Below are positions 1-14,600 of a stretch of 64,000 nucleotides of DNA, in pieces. The DNA lies in assembly GCA_964016885.1 (NCBI GenBank), contig OZ024742.1, positions 221,960,001-222,024,000 of the forward strand, in the 5' to 3' direction. A program made the translations under genes and the position numbers. Origin of the DNA: Eledone cirrhosa (lineage: Eukaryota). The notes below the pieces were generated by a model that was given only the letters and a program-made list of their open reading frames with translations, was not told the DNA's origin and searched no databases. Numbering within the stretch: position 1 is the first letter of the stretch; each line of letters opens with the position of its first letter.

Positions 1-4
1 TAAC

Positions 5-46
<42 letters not shown>

Positions 47-49
<3 letters not shown>

Positions 50-350
50 GGAAAAGAATGAAACGAAATTTCATTTCTCACTCTTAGTACGGCTGGTACT
101 TAAATGTAAGTATGTATGTATACGTACATACATATATGTATACAGACGTACAGTAGTATGTATATATATAAACATACATGCACACACATATATATATATA
201 TACGTATGTGTTTACCGAACATTTATTATAATGCTTGGTTTGTTTGTAAACAAACATCCCGAATTACGCCGTACAGTGTTCAGGCAACCATCGTCACCTT
301 TTTTTTCAACACTGACACAGGAACGATGTACTAGTTTCATGCTTATTAGC

Positions 351-352
<2 letters not shown>
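47..352. mobile_element. Truncated PLE-terminal-repeat-like fragment (family of 58832-59495)
   Basis: Matches the reverse complement of ~59200-59495; flanked by (TA)n; stops just short of the hammerhead core seen in the other copies. Confidence 0.6.
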
Positions 353-379
<27 letters not shown>

Positions 380-383
<4 letters not shown>

Positions 384-1066
384 GTGAGGTTTTTTTTACA
401 AAATGAAAAATAACCGAGATGTCCTACACGAGTGAAAGTATAAAGAAAAAGAGATGAAATCGAAAATGCAACTGGAGTCTTATTTTTTTTTTTAAATATA
501 TATATTTATTTGGTTCCTTTACCGGTTTCGCAGTTCTTCTGCTTTTCAAAAGGTGAGTTGAGATGGAGGGTCTGTGGTTTTTCTCACATCTGGTTGAATG
601 TTACTTGTTTTATATGGAAAAAGTGGCTCGAAATGCCAGGTTTTTCGAGAAGTAATTTGATTGGTTTGTCAATAATTATAATAAATTTCGCGCCAGTTCG
701 CGTTACAATAGTTCTTCAAATAAGAGGGGGGGGGGTGTTTGTCACAAGTTGTTTTTTCATATATGAGTGTTTGAATTTCTTTTTACTTGAAAAAAGGGGG
801 CTCACGAAGGCTTTTTTTTTGGTTGGTTATAAATGAAATTATGGCTGTCACGTGAACAAGTTTTCATTAAATTTTTGTGCCCTTATTTGGAAAGCCATTC
901 TGTAGCCGTTTTAGAGAATTTTATGATAAGTGAAAGATAATGGTCAAGAGAAAGGGATGGGAGAATTGTTCTGGTTCAGTGAATATGGTTAGTTCGCTGG
1001 GGTGTCAGAATATATATTTAAAAAAAAGATAAGACTCCAGTTGCATTTTCGATTTCATCTCTTTTT

Positions 1067-1071
<5 letters not shown>
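380..1071 (-). mobile_element. Penelope-like fragment with inverted terminal segment
   Basis: ~440-505 is the inverted copy of ~1010-1071; both ends abut (TA)n; contains a hammerhead motif at 516-553. Confidence 0.55.
516..553 (-). ncRNA. Minimal type-I hammerhead ribozyme motif (U3-A8 core)
   Basis: Minus strand: CCTT-TTGAAAA-GCAG(AAGAA)CTGC-GAAA-CCGG-TA-AAGG. Stems I and II pair perfectly, stem III is palindromic (ACCGGT), GUA cleavage triplet. Confidence 0.7.
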
Positions 1072-1114
<43 letters not shown>

Positions 1115-1364
1115 AAATGGGGAGAAGAATACTGCAGGTTCCACATGGATAACATGTAATAAAATGAGTCCCTCATCAGTGATTTGCCGACGATCATAGA
1201 TATTTCATTGCAATATATATATATATATATATATACGTATATATATATATATATATGGTGGCCGACTGAATACGCACGTTTTTTTATACCCATTTTTTTT
1301 TCATTTTCCCCGGTCCTTCCTTTCACCACTCTTTATTTTCTATTTATCTTCTATTTCTAACTCT

Positions 1365-1480
1365 ATCTCCTGATGAAGGACTAGTGTCCAAAACGTTAAG
1401 ACTCTCTTCAAGTGTTAATATATTTCTGCCATGTACTGTGCCGTTTGTTTTGCTATATTTGCTATTTCTGTTTTACACAC
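1365..1480 (+). mobile_element. PLE-terminal-like repeat with degenerate hammerhead
   Basis: CTGATGA-AGGAC(TAGT)GTCC-AAAAC; related copy on the minus strand at ~21957-22090 retains GAAAC. Confidence 0.5.
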
Positions 1481-1491
1481 AAATGCGCGCG

Positions 1492-1931
<440 letters not shown>

Positions 1932-2027
1932 AATAGGATTTCGCTTCAAGCATAGCTTTATACAATATGTATAAATGTTTCGTATCTCCAAGGAAATACG
2001 GTTTTAGGAAGCCGTAGCTATGCAAAC

Positions 2028-2430
<403 letters not shown>

Positions 2431-2919
2431 GAAATATATTTTAGCCTATATATATATATATATATATATATATGCGTTTGTGTGTGTGTGTGCGTGCTTG
2501 TGTGTGGGTTTGTTTCGTGTGTGTATGGGTGGGGTGAGAAGCAATTCCTTTGAGTGGGTGAACAAAACCTGGCTGATCTAACTGTAACTAACTGTCTAGA
2601 TATCTTTGTCTACTGCAGAAATGTATTACACACATACATGTACATTTCATACACACTTATATACACTCAAACAGAAAAATAACATCCCATACATACACAC
2701 ACTTAGACACCCGCAGACACCCCCACAAGGCAAAGTCAGTTTATATATATATATATACGTAAATGTAGAAGGTATGTGTATATATATAGATAGATATGTT
2801 TGTCTGTGTGTGTGTATGTGTGTGTGTAGAATGTATGTGCGTCATTTTATCGTGAACGCAAGTCAAACCAACGTCAGACACTGGCCTGACCAAGTTAACT
2901 CTTTACAGCTCAACACATA

Positions 2920-3085
2920 CCGTATTTCGCGGCGCCGAAGAAGCTCCGCCCTCAAAGACGCACCCTAATTTTGATAACCAAAAATTTGAAAAAAAATAAT
3001 AAACAACCTTCGGCCTCGAGGACGCATGGGTTTTTTGGAACTTATTTTAGGAAAAAAGTAGCGTCTTCGACGCCGGGAAATACGG
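2920..3085. mobile_element. MITE (Tc1/mariner/pogo-type)
   Basis: TIRs CCGTATTTC...GAAATACGG with further internal pairing (gcgccgaag / cttcgacgcc); TA on both sides. Confidence 0.75.
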
Positions 3086-3104
3086 TATCATAGTATCTGT
3101 TAAT

Positions 3105-3380
3105 ACATCCCACGTTGGTGGTGACGACTAGTAGTTAGGGCTGCTGAAAGGACGTGTAGTGTGTCCTTGAGCAAGACACTTCATTTCAATGCTCCAGTCC
3201 ACTTAGCTGAAAAAAAAAGTAGCAGCACCTGCTGGGGAGTCCGTGTTTATGATTGTCCAGCCTAGTGTTTGGTGCTCATGAATGTAAGGTCGTGTATTGT
3301 GTCATTGGGCAAAACACTTAACTTCCCATTGCTTGAGTTCACTTAAATGGTAGTTTAACCCTGCGACAGACTGGCATGCG
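3105..3380 (+). mobile_element. SINE fragments (left flank of satellite)
   Basis: Two units of GTGTCCTTGAGCAAGACACTT...CTCCAGTCCACTTAGCTG, a SINE central-domain motif recurring at 14410-14600 and ~37980-38095. Confidence 0.6.
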
Positions 3381-6300
3381 TTCTTGCACTCTCACCCCTC
3401 TGGTTCACTCAACTGAAGGTTTAACACTGTGACTGACAGGCGTCCCCTCTTGCACTCTCACCCCTCTGGTTCACTCAACTGAAGGTTTAACACTGCGACA
3501 GACTGGCGTCCCCTCTTGCACTCTCACCCCTCTGGTTCACTCAACTGAAGGTTTAACCCTGCGACAGACAGGCGTCCCCTCTTGCACTCTCACCCCTCTG
3601 GTTCACTCAACTGAAGGTTTAACACTGTGACTTACTGGCGTCCCTCTTGCACTCTCACCCCTCTGGTTCACTCAACTAAAGGTTTAACACTGTGACTTAC
3701 AGGCGTCCCCTCTTGCACTCTCACCCCTCTGGTTCACTCAACTGAAGGTTTAACACTTTGACTGACAGGCGTCCCCTCTTGCACTCACACTCCTCTGGTT
3801 CACTCAACTGAAGGTTTAACACCGTGACAGACTGGCGTCCCCTCTTGCACTCTCACTCCTCTGGTTCACTCAACTGAAGGTTTAACACTGCGACAGACTG
3901 GCGTCCCCTCTTGCACTCTCACCCCTCTGGTTCACTCAACTGAAGGTTTAACACTGTGACTTACAGGCGTCCCCTCTTGCACTCTCACTCCTCTGGTTCA
4001 CTCAACTGAAGGTTTAACACTGTGACAGACAGGCGTCCCCTCTTGCACTCTCACTCCTCTGGTTCACTCAACTGAAGGTTTAACACTGCGACAGACTGGC
4101 GTCCCCTCTTGCACTCTCACCCCTCTGGTTCACTCAACTGAAGGTTTAACACTGTGACTTACAGGCGTCCCCTCTTGCACTCTCACTCCTCTGGTTCACT
4201 CAACTGAAGGTTTAACACTGTGACAGACAGGCGTCCCCTCTTGCACTCTCACCCCTCTGGTTCACTCAACTGAAGGTTTAACACTGTGACTGACAGGCGT
4301 CCCCTCTTGCACTCTCACCCCTCTGGTTCACTCAACTGAAGGTTTAACACTGTGACTGACAGGCGTCCCCTCTTGCACTCTCACCCCTCTGGTTCACTCA
4401 ACTGAAGATTTAACACTGTGACAGACTGGCGTCCCCTCTTGCACTCTCACCCCTCTGGTTCACTCAACTGAAGGTTTAACACTGTGACTGACAGGCGTCC
4501 CCTCTTGCACTCTCACCCCTCTGGTTCACTCAACTGAAGGTTTAACACTGTGACAGACTGGCGTCCCCCCTTGCACTCTCACCCCTCTGGTTCACTCAAC
4601 TGAAGGTTTAACACCGTGACAGACTGGCGTCCCCTCTTGCACTCTCACCCCTCTGGTTCACTCAACTGAAGGTTTAGCACTGTGACTGACAGGCGTCCCC
4701 TCTTGCACTCTCACCCCTCTGCTTCACTCAACTGAAGGTTTAACACTGTGACTTACAGGCGTCCCCTCTTGCACTCTCACTCCTCTGGTTCACTCAACTG
4801 AAGGTTTAGCACTGTGACAGACTGGCGTCCCCTCTTGCAATCTCACCCCTCTGGTTCACTCAACTGAAGGTTTAACACTGTGACTGACAGGCGTCCCCTC
4901 TTGCACTCTCACTCCTCTGGTTCACTGAACTGAAGGTTTAACACTGTGACTGACAGGCGTCCCCTCTTGCACTCTCACCCCTCTGGTTCACTCAACTGAA
5001 GGTTTAACCCTGCGACAGACTGGCGTCCCCTCTTGCACTCACACCCCTCTGGTTCACTCAACTGAAGGTTTAACACTGTGACTGACAGGCGTCCCCTCTT
5101 GCACTCTCACTCCTCTGGTTCACTCAACTGAAGGTTTAACACTGTGACTGACAGGCCTCCCCTCTTGCACTCTCACCCCTCTGGTTCACTCAACTGAAGG
5201 TTTAACACTGTGACTTACAGGCGTCCCCTCTTGCACTCTCACCCCTCTGGTTCACTCAACTGAAGGTTTAACACTGTGACTGACAGGCGTCCCCTCTTGC
5301 ACTCTCACCCCTCTGGTTCACTCAACTGAAGGTTTAACACTGTGACTGACAGGCGTCCCCTCTTGCACTCTCACTCCTCTGGTTCACTCAACTGAAGGTT
5401 TAACACTGTGACTGACAGGCGTCCCCTCTTGCACTCTGACTCCTCTGGTTCACTCAACTGAAGGTTTAACACTGTGACTGACAGGCGTCCCCTCTTGCAC
5501 TCTCACCCCTCTGGTTCACTCAACTGAAGGTTTAACACTGTGACTGACAGGCGTCCCCTCTTGCACTCTCACCCCTCTGGTTCACTCAACTGAAGGTTTA
5601 ACACTGTGACAGACAGGCGTCCCCTCTTGCACTCTCACCCCTCTGGTTCACTCAACTGAAGGTTTAACACTGTGACTGACAGGCGTCCCCTCTTGCACTC
5701 TCACCCCTCTGGTTCACTCAACTGAAGGTTTAACACTGTAACAGACAGGCGTCCCCTCTTGCACTCACACCCCTCTGGTTCACTCAACTGAAGGTTTAGC
5801 ACTGTGACTTACTGGCGTCCCCTCTTGCACTCTCACCCCTCTGGTTCACTCAACTGAAGGTTTAACACTGTGACTTACTGGCTTCCCCTCTTGCACTCTC
5901 ACCCCTCTGGTTCACTCAACTGAAGGTTTAACACTGTGACAGACAGGCGTCCCCTCTTGCACTCACACCCCTCTGGTTCACTCAACTGAAGGTTTAACAC
6001 TGTGACTTACTGGCGTCCCCTCTTGCACTCTCACCCCTCTGGTTCACTCAACTGAAGGTTTAACACTGTGACTGACAGGCGTCCCCTCTTGCACTCACAC
6101 TCCTCTGGTTCACTCAACTGAAGGTTTAACACTGTGACTTACAGGCGTCCCCTCTTGAACTCTCACCCCTCTGGTTCACTCAACTGAAGGTTTAACACTG
6201 TGACAGACTGTCGTCCCCTCTTGCACTCACACTCCTCTGGTTCACTCAACTGAAGGTTTAACACTGTGACTTACAGGCGTCCCCTCTTGCACTCTCACTC

Positions 6301-9300
6301 CTCTGGTTCACTCAACTGAAGGTTTAACACTGTGACTGACAGGCGTCCCCTCTTGCACTCTCACCCCTCTGGTTCACTCAACTGAAGGTTTAACACTGTG
6401 ACTTACAGGCGTCCCCTCTTGAACTCTCACCCCTCTGGTTCACTCAACTGAAGGTTTAACACTGTGACTGACAGGCGTCCCCTCTTGCACTCACACTCCT
6501 CTGGTTCACTCAACTGAAGGTTTAACACTGTGACTTACAGGCGTCCCCTCTTGAACTCTCACCCCTCTGGTTCACTCAACTGAAGGTTTAACACTGTGAC
6601 AGACTGTCGTCCCCTCTTGCACTCACACTCCTCTGGTTCACTCAACTGAAGGTTTAACACTGTGACTTACAGGCGTCCCCTCTTGCACTCTCACTCCTCT
6701 GGTTCACTCAACTGAAGGTTTAACACTGTGACTGACAGGCGTCCCCTCTTGCACTCTCACCCCTCTGGTTCACTCAACTGAAGGTTTAACACTGTGACTT
6801 ACAGGCGTCCCCTCATGCACTCTCACCCCTCTGGTTCACTCAACTGAAGGTTTAACACTGTGACTGACAGGCGTCCCCTCTTGCACTCTCACCCCTCTGG
6901 TTCACTCAACTGAAGGTTTAGCACTGTGACTGACAGGCGTCCCCTCTTGCACTCTCACTCCTCTGGTTCACTCAACTGAAGGTTTAGCACTGTGACTGAC
7001 AGGCGTCCCCTCTTGCACTCTCACCCCTCTGGTTCACTCAACTGAAGGTTTAGCACTGTGACTGACTGGCGTCCCCTCTTGCACTCTCACCCCTCTGGTT
7101 CACTCAACTGAAGGTTTAACACTGTGACTTACAGGCGTCCCCTCTTGCACTCTCACCCCTCTGGTTCACTCAACTGAAGGTTTAACACTGTGACTGACAG
7201 GCGTCCCCTCTTGCACTCTGACTCCTCTGGTTCACTCAACTGAAGGTTTAACACTGTGACTGACAGGCGTCCCCTCTTGCACTCTGACTCCTCTGGTTCA
7301 CTCAACTGAAGGTTTAACACTGTGACTTACAGGCGTTCCCTCTTGCACTCTCACTTCTCTGGTTCACTCAACTGAAGGTTTAACACTGTGACTGACAGGC
7401 GTCCCCTCTTGCACTCTGACTCCTCTGGTTCACTCAACTGAAGGTTTAACACTGTGACTGACTGGCGTCCCCTCTTGCACTCTCACCCCTCTGGTTCACT
7501 CAACTGAAGGTTTAACACTGTGACTTACAGGCGTTCCCTCTTGCACTCTCACTTCTCTGGTTCACTCAACTGAAGGTTTAACACTGTGACTGACAGGCGT
7601 CCCCTCTTGCACTCTGACTCCTCTGGTTCACTCAACTGAAGGTTTAACACTGTGACTGACAGGCGTCGCCTCTTGCACTCTCACTCCTCTGGTTCACTCA
7701 ACTGAAGGTTTAGCACTGTGACTGACAGGCGTCCCCTCTTGCACTCTCACCCCTCTGGTTCACTCAACTGAAGGTTTAACACTGTGACTTACTGGCGTCC
7801 CCTCTTGCACTCTCACCCCTCTGGTTCACTAAACTGAAGGTTTAACACTGTGACTGACAGGCGTCCCCTCTTGCACTCACACTCCTCTGGTTCACTCAAC
7901 TGAAGGTTTAACACTGTGACTGACAGGCGTCCCCTCTTGCACTCTCATCCTTCTGGTTCACTCAACTGAAGGTTTAACACTGTGACTGACAGGCGTCCCG
8001 TCTTGCACTCTCACCCCTCTGGTTCACTCAACTGAAGGTTTAACACTGTGACTGACAGGCGTCCCCTCTTGCACTCTCACTCCTCTGGTTCACTCAACTG
8101 AAGGTTTAACACTGTGACTGACAGGCGTCCCGTCTTGCACTCTCACCCCTCTGGTTCACTCAACTGAAGGTTTAACACTGTGACTGACAGGCATCCCCTC
8201 TTGCACTCTCACTCCTCTGGTTCACTCAACTGAAGGTTTAACACTGTGACTGACAGGCATCCCCTCTTGCACTCTCACTCCTCTGGTTCACTCAACTGAA
8301 GGTTTAACACTGTGACTGACTGGCGTCCCCTCTTGCACTCTCACCCCTCTGGTTCACTCAACTGAAGGTTTAACACTGTGACTTACAGGCGTTCCCTCTT
8401 GCACTCTCACTTCTCTGGTTCACTCAACTGAAGGTTTAACACTGTGACTGACAGGCGTCCCCTCTTGCACTCTGACTCCTCTGGTTCACTCAACTGAAGG
8501 TTTAACACTGTAACAGACAGGCGTCCCCTCTTGCACTCACACCCCTCTGGTTCACTCAACTGAAGGTTTAGCACTGTGACTTACTGGCGTCCCCTCTTGC
8601 ACTCTCACCCCTCTGGTTCACTCAACTGAAGGTTTAACACTGTGACTTACAGGCGTCCCCTCTTGCACTCTGACTCCTCTGGTTCACTCAACTGAAGGTT
8701 TAACACTGTAACAGACAGGCGTCCCCTCTTGCACTCTCACCCCTCTGGTTCACTCAACTGAAGGTTTAACACTGTGACTTACTGGCTTCCCCTCTTGCAC
8801 TCTCACCCCTCTGGTTCACTCAACTGAAGGTTTAACACTGTGACAGACAGGCGTCCCCTCTTGCACTCACACCCCTCTGGTTCACTCAACTGAAGGTTTA
8901 ACACTGTGATTTACTGGCGTCCCCTCTTGCACTCTCACCCCTCTGGTTCACTCAACTGAAGGTTTAACACTGTGACTGACAGGCGTCCCCTCTTGCACTC
9001 ACACTCCTCTGGTTCACTCAACTGAAGGTTTAACACTGTGACTTACAGGCGTCCCCTCTTGAACTCTCACCCCTCTGGTTCACTCAACTGAAGGTTTAAC
9101 ACTGTGACAGACTGTCGTCCCCTCTTGCACTCACACTCCTCTGGTTCACTCAACTGAAGGTTTAACACTGTGACTTACAGGCGTCCCCTCTTGCACTCTC
9201 ACTCCTCTGGTTCACTCAACTGAAGGTTTAACACTGTGACTGACAGGCGTCCCCTCTTGCACTCTCACCCCTCTGGTTCACTCAACTGAAGGTTTAACAC

Positions 9301-12300
9301 TGTGACTTACAGGCGTCCCCTCTTGCACTCTCACCCCTCTGGTTCACTCAACTGAAGGTTTAACACTGTGACTGACAGGCGTCCCCTCTTGCACTCTCAC
9401 CCCTCTGGTTCACTCAACTGAAGGTTTAACACTGTGACTGACAGGCGTCCCCTCTTGCACTCTCACTCCTCTGGTTCACTCAACTGAAGGTTTAACACTG
9501 TGACTGACAGGCGTCCCCTCTTGCACTCTCACTCCTCTGGTTCACTCAACTGAAGGTTTAGCACTGTGACTGACAGGCGTCCCCTCTTGCACTCTCACCC
9601 CTCTGGTTCACTCAACTGAAGGTTTAGCACTGTGACTGACTGGCGTCCCCTCTTGCACTCTCACCCCTCTGGTTCACTCAACTGAAGGTTTAACACTGTG
9701 ACTTACAGGCGTCCCCTCTTGCACTCTCACCCCTCTGGTTCACTCAACTGAAGGTTTAACACTGTGACTTACTGGCGTCCCCTCTTGCACTCTCACTTCT
9801 CTGGTTCACTCAACTGAAGGTTTAACACTGTGACTGACAGGCGTCCCCTCTTGCACTCTGACTCCTCTGGTTCACTCAACTGAAGGTTTAACACTGTGAC
9901 TGACTGGCGTCCCCTCTTGCACTCTCACCCCTCTGGTTCACTCAACTGAAGGTTTAACACTGTGACTTACAGGCGTTCCCTCTTGCACTCTCACTTCTCT
10001 GGTTCACTCAACTGAAGGTTTAACACTGTGACTGACAGGCGTCCCCTCTTGCACTCTGACTCCTCTGGTTCACTCAACTGAAGGTTTAACACTGTGACTG
10101 ACAGGCGTCGCCTCTTGCACTCTCACTCCTCTGGTTCACTCAACTGAAGGTTTAACACTGTGACTGACAGGCGTCCCCTCTTGCACTCTCACCCCTCTGG
10201 TTCACTCAACTGAAGGTTTAGCACTGTGACTGACAGGCGTCCCCTCTTGCACTCTCACCCCTCTGGTTCACTCAACTGAAGGTTTAACACTGTGACTTAC
10301 TGGCGTCCCCTCTTGCACTCTCACCCCTCTGGTTCACTAAACTGAAGGTTTAACACTGTGACTGACAGGCGTCCCCTCTTGCACTCTCACCCCTCTGTGT
10401 CACTCAACTGAAGGTTTAACACTGTGACTGACAGGCGTCCCCTCTTGCACTCTCACTCCTCTGGTTCACTCAACTGAAGGTTTAACACTGTGACTGACAG
10501 GCGTCCCCTCTTGCACTCTGACTCCTCTGGTTCACTCAACTGAAGGTTTAACACTGTGACTGACAGGCGTCCCCTCTTGCACTCTCACCCCTCTGGTTCA
10601 CTCAACTGAAGGTTTAACACTGTGACTGACAGGCGTCCCCTCTTGCACTCTCACCCTTCTGGTTCACTCAACTGAAGGTTTAACACTGTGACTGACAGGC
10701 GTCCCCTCTTGCACTCTCACTCCTCTGGTTCACTCAACTGAAGGTTTAACACTGTGACTGACAGGCGTCCCCTCTTGCACTCTCACCCCTCTGGTTCACT
10801 CAACTGAAGGTTTAACACTGTGACTGACAGGCGTCCCCTCTTGCACTCTCACTCCTCTGGTTCACTCAACTGAAGGTTTAACACTGTGACTGACAGGCGT
10901 CCCCTCTTGCACTCTCACCCCTCTGGTTCACTCAACTGAAGGTTTAACACTGTGACTGACAGGCGTCCCCTCTTGCACTCTCACCCCTCTGGTTCACTCA
11001 ACTGAAGGTTTAGCACTGTGACTGACAGGCGTCCCCTCTTGCACTCACACTCCTCTGGTTCACTCAACTGAAGGTTTAGCACTGTGACTGACAGGCGTCC
11101 CCTCTTGCACTCTCACCCCTCTGGTTCACTCAACTGAAGGTTTAGCACTGTGACTGACTGGCGTCCCCTCTTGCACTCTCACCCCTCTGGTTCACTCAAC
11201 TGAAGGTTTAACACTGTGACTGACAGGCGTCCCCTCTTGCACTCTCACCCCTCTGGTTCACTCAACTGAAGGTTTAACACTGTGACTTACTGGCGTCCCC
11301 TCTTGCACTCTCACCCGTCTGGTTCACTCAACTAAAGGTTTAACACTGTGACTTACTGGTGTCCCCTCTTGCACTCTCACCCCTCTGGTTCACTCAACTG
11401 AAGGTTTAACACTGTGACTTACTGGCGTCCCCTCTTGCACTCTCACCCCTCTGGTTCACTCAACTGAAGGTTTAACACTGTGACTTACTGGCGTCCCCTC
11501 TTGCACTCTCACCCCTCTGGTTCACTCAACTGAAGGTTTAACACTGTGACAGACAGGCGTCCCCTCTTGCACTCTCACTCCTCTGGTTCACTCAACTGAA
11601 GGTTTAACACTGTGACAGACAGGCGTCCCCTCTTGCACTCTGACTCCTCTGGTTCACTCAACTGAAGGTTTAACACTGTGACTGACAGGCGTCCCCTCTT
11701 GCACTCTCACCCCTCTGGTTCACTCAACTGAAGGTTTAACACTGTGACTGACAGGCGTCCCCTCTTGCACTCTGACTCCTCTGGTTCACTCAACTGAAGG
11801 TTTAACACTGTGACTGACAGGCGTCCCCTCTTGCACTCTCACCCCTCTGGTTCACTCAACTGAAGGTTTAACACTGTGACTGACAGGCGTCCCCTCTTGC
11901 ACTCTGACTCCTCTGGTTCACTCAACTGAAGGTTTAACACTGTGACTGACAGGCGTCCCCTCTTGCACTCTCACCCCTCTGGTTCACTCAACTGAAGGTT
12001 TAACACTGTGACTTACTGGCGTCCCCTCTTGCACTCTCACCCGTCTGGTTCACTCAACTAAAGGTTTAACACTGTGACTTACTGGTGTCCCCTCTTGCAC
12101 TCTCACCCCTCTGGTTCACTCAACTGAAGGTTTAACACTGTGACTTACTGGCGTCCCCTCTTGCACTCTCACCCCTCTGGTTCACTCAACTGAAGGTTTA
12201 ACACTGTGACTTACTGGCGTCCCCTCTTGCACTCTCACCCCTCTGGTTCACTCAACTGAAGGTTTAACACTGTGACAGACAGGCGTCCCCTCTTGCACTC

Positions 12301-14330
12301 TCACTCCTCTGGTTCACTCAACTGAAGGTTTAACACTGTGACAGACAGGCGTCCCCTCTTGCACTCTGACTCCTCTGGTTCACTCAACTGAAGGTTTAAC
12401 ACTGTGACTGACAGGCGTCCCCTCTTGCACTCTCACCCCTCTGGTTCACTCAACTGAAGGTTTAACACTGTGACTGACAGGCGTCCCCTCTTGCACTCTC
12501 ACCCCTCTGGTTCACTCAACTGAAGGTTTAACACTGTGACTTACTGGCGTCCCCTCTTGCACTCTCACCCCTCTGGTTCACTCAACTGAAGGTTTAGCAC
12601 TGTGACAGACAGGCGTCCCCTCTTGCACTCTCACTCCTCTGGTTCACTCAACTGAAGGTTTAACACTGTGACAGACAGGCGTCCTCTCTTGCACTCTGAC
12701 TCCTCTGGTTCACTCAACTGAAGGTTTAACACTGTGACTGACAGGCGTCCCCTCTTGCACTCTCACCCCTCTGGTTCACTCAACTGAAGGTTTAACACTG
12801 TGACTGACAGGCGTCCCCTCTTGCACTCTCACCCCTCTGGTTCACTCAACTGAAGGTTTAACACTGTGACTTACTGGCGTCCCCTCTTGCACTCTCACCC
12901 CTCTGGTTCACTCAACTGAAGGTTTAACACTGTGACTTACTGGCGTCCCCTCTTGCACTCTCACCCCTCTGGTTCACTCAACTGAAGGTTTAACACTGTG
13001 ACTGACAGGCGTTCCCTCTTGCACTCACACTCCTCTGGTTCATTCAACTGAATGTTTAACACTGTGACTGACAGGCGTCCCCTCTTGCACTCTCACCCCT
13101 CTGGTTCACTCAACTGAAGGTTTAACACTGTGACTGACAGGCGTCCCCTCTTGCACTCACACTCCTCTGGTTCATTCAACTGAAGGTTTAACACTGTGAC
13201 TGACAGGCGTCCCCTCTTGCACTCTCACCCCTCTGGTTCACTCAACTGAAGGTTTAACACTGTGACTGACAGGCGTCCCCTCTTGCACTCTCACTCCTCT
13301 GGTTCACTCAACTGAAGGTTTAACACTGTGACTGACAGGCGTCCCCTCTTGCACTCTCACTCCTCTGGTTCACTCAACTGAAGGTTTAACACTGTGACAG
13401 ACAGGCGTCCCCTCTTGCACTCTCACCCCTCTGGTTCACTCAACTGAAGGTTTAACACTGTGACTTACAGGCGTCCCCTCTTGCACTCTCACTCCTCTGG
13501 TTCACTCAACTGAAGGTTTAACACTGTGACAGACAGGCGTCCCCTCTTGCACTCTCACTCCTCTGGTTCACTCAACTGAAGGTTTAACACTGTGACAGAC
13601 CGGCGTCCCCTCTTGCACTCTCACTCCTCTGGTTCACTCAACTGAAGGTTTAACACTGTGACAGACAGGCGACCCCTCTTGCACTCTCACTCCTCTGGTT
13701 CACTCAACTGAAGGTTTAACACTGTGACTTACTGGCGTCCCCTCTTGCACTCTCACCCCTCTAGTTCACTCAACTGAAGGTTTAACACTGTGACAGACAG
13801 GCGTCCCCTCTTGCACTCTCACCCCTCTGGTTCACTCAACTGAAGGTTTAACACTGTGACTTACTGGCGTCCCCTCTTGCACTCTCACCCCTCTGGTTCA
13901 CTCAACTGAAGGTTTAACACTGTGACTTACTGGCGTCCCCTCTTGCACTCTCACCCCTCTGGTTCACTCAACTGAAGGTTTAACACTGTGACTGACAGGC
14001 GTTCCCTCTTGCACTCACACTCCTCTGGTTCATTCAACTGAAGGTTTAACACTGTGACTGACAGGCGTCCCCTCTTGCACTCTCACCCCTCTGGTTCACT
14101 CAACTGAAGGTTTAACACTGTGACTGACAGGCGTCCCCTCTTGCACTCACGCTCCTCTGGTTCATTCAACTGAAGGTTTAACACTGTGACTGACAGGCGT
14201 TCCCTCTTGCACTCACACTCCTCTGGTTCACTCAACTGAAGGTTTAGCACTGTGACTTACAGGCGTCCCCTCTTGCACTCTCACTCCTCTGGTTCACTCA
14301 ACTGAAGGTTTAGCACTGTGACTTACAGGC
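3350..14330. repeat. 66-bp tandem satellite array (~165 units)
   Basis: Unit ACTGAAGGTTTAACACTGTGACTGACAGGCGTCCCCTCTTGCACTCTCACCCCTCTGGTTCACTCA; register recurs every 660 bp; consensus unit has stops in all six frames. Confidence 0.98.
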
Positions 14331-14600
14331 ACTGTCAGTCACTTAACGCCAATGAAACTAGGATAAGCTCCGGTCTGATGATTCTCTAAGTCAGGATCGT
14401 ATGGCTGTGTGATGTGATCTTGAGCAAGACACTTCATTTCACATCGATCCAGTCCACTCAGCTGTGGTGGGAGTCTATATTAATGACGGAGCACGGCTTA
14501 GTGCTGGTACCTCACGATTGCAAGGTCGTATTCTGTGTTCTTGAGCAAGACACTTCACCACACGTTGCCCCAGTCCTTAAGCTGAAGGTTAATTCTGCAA
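14331..14600 (+). mobile_element. SINE fragments (right flank of satellite)
   Basis: SINE-type 3' motif GAAACTAGGATAAGCTCCGGTCTGATG followed by two more CTTGAGCAAGACACTT units. Confidence 0.55.

Noticed and set aside
3350-14330. CRISPR array or coding repeat (66 bp = 22 codons)
   Set aside because: Units are near-identical along their whole length with no unique spacers, there are no cas genes, and the consensus has stops in all six frames.
3350-14330. Hammerhead-bearing satellite
   Set aside because: The unit has CTGAAGG but no GAAA box or stem II.
14352-14390. Permuted hammerhead (GAAAC...CTGATGA)
   Set aside because: The stems do not pair convincingly; better explained as a SINE 3' segment.
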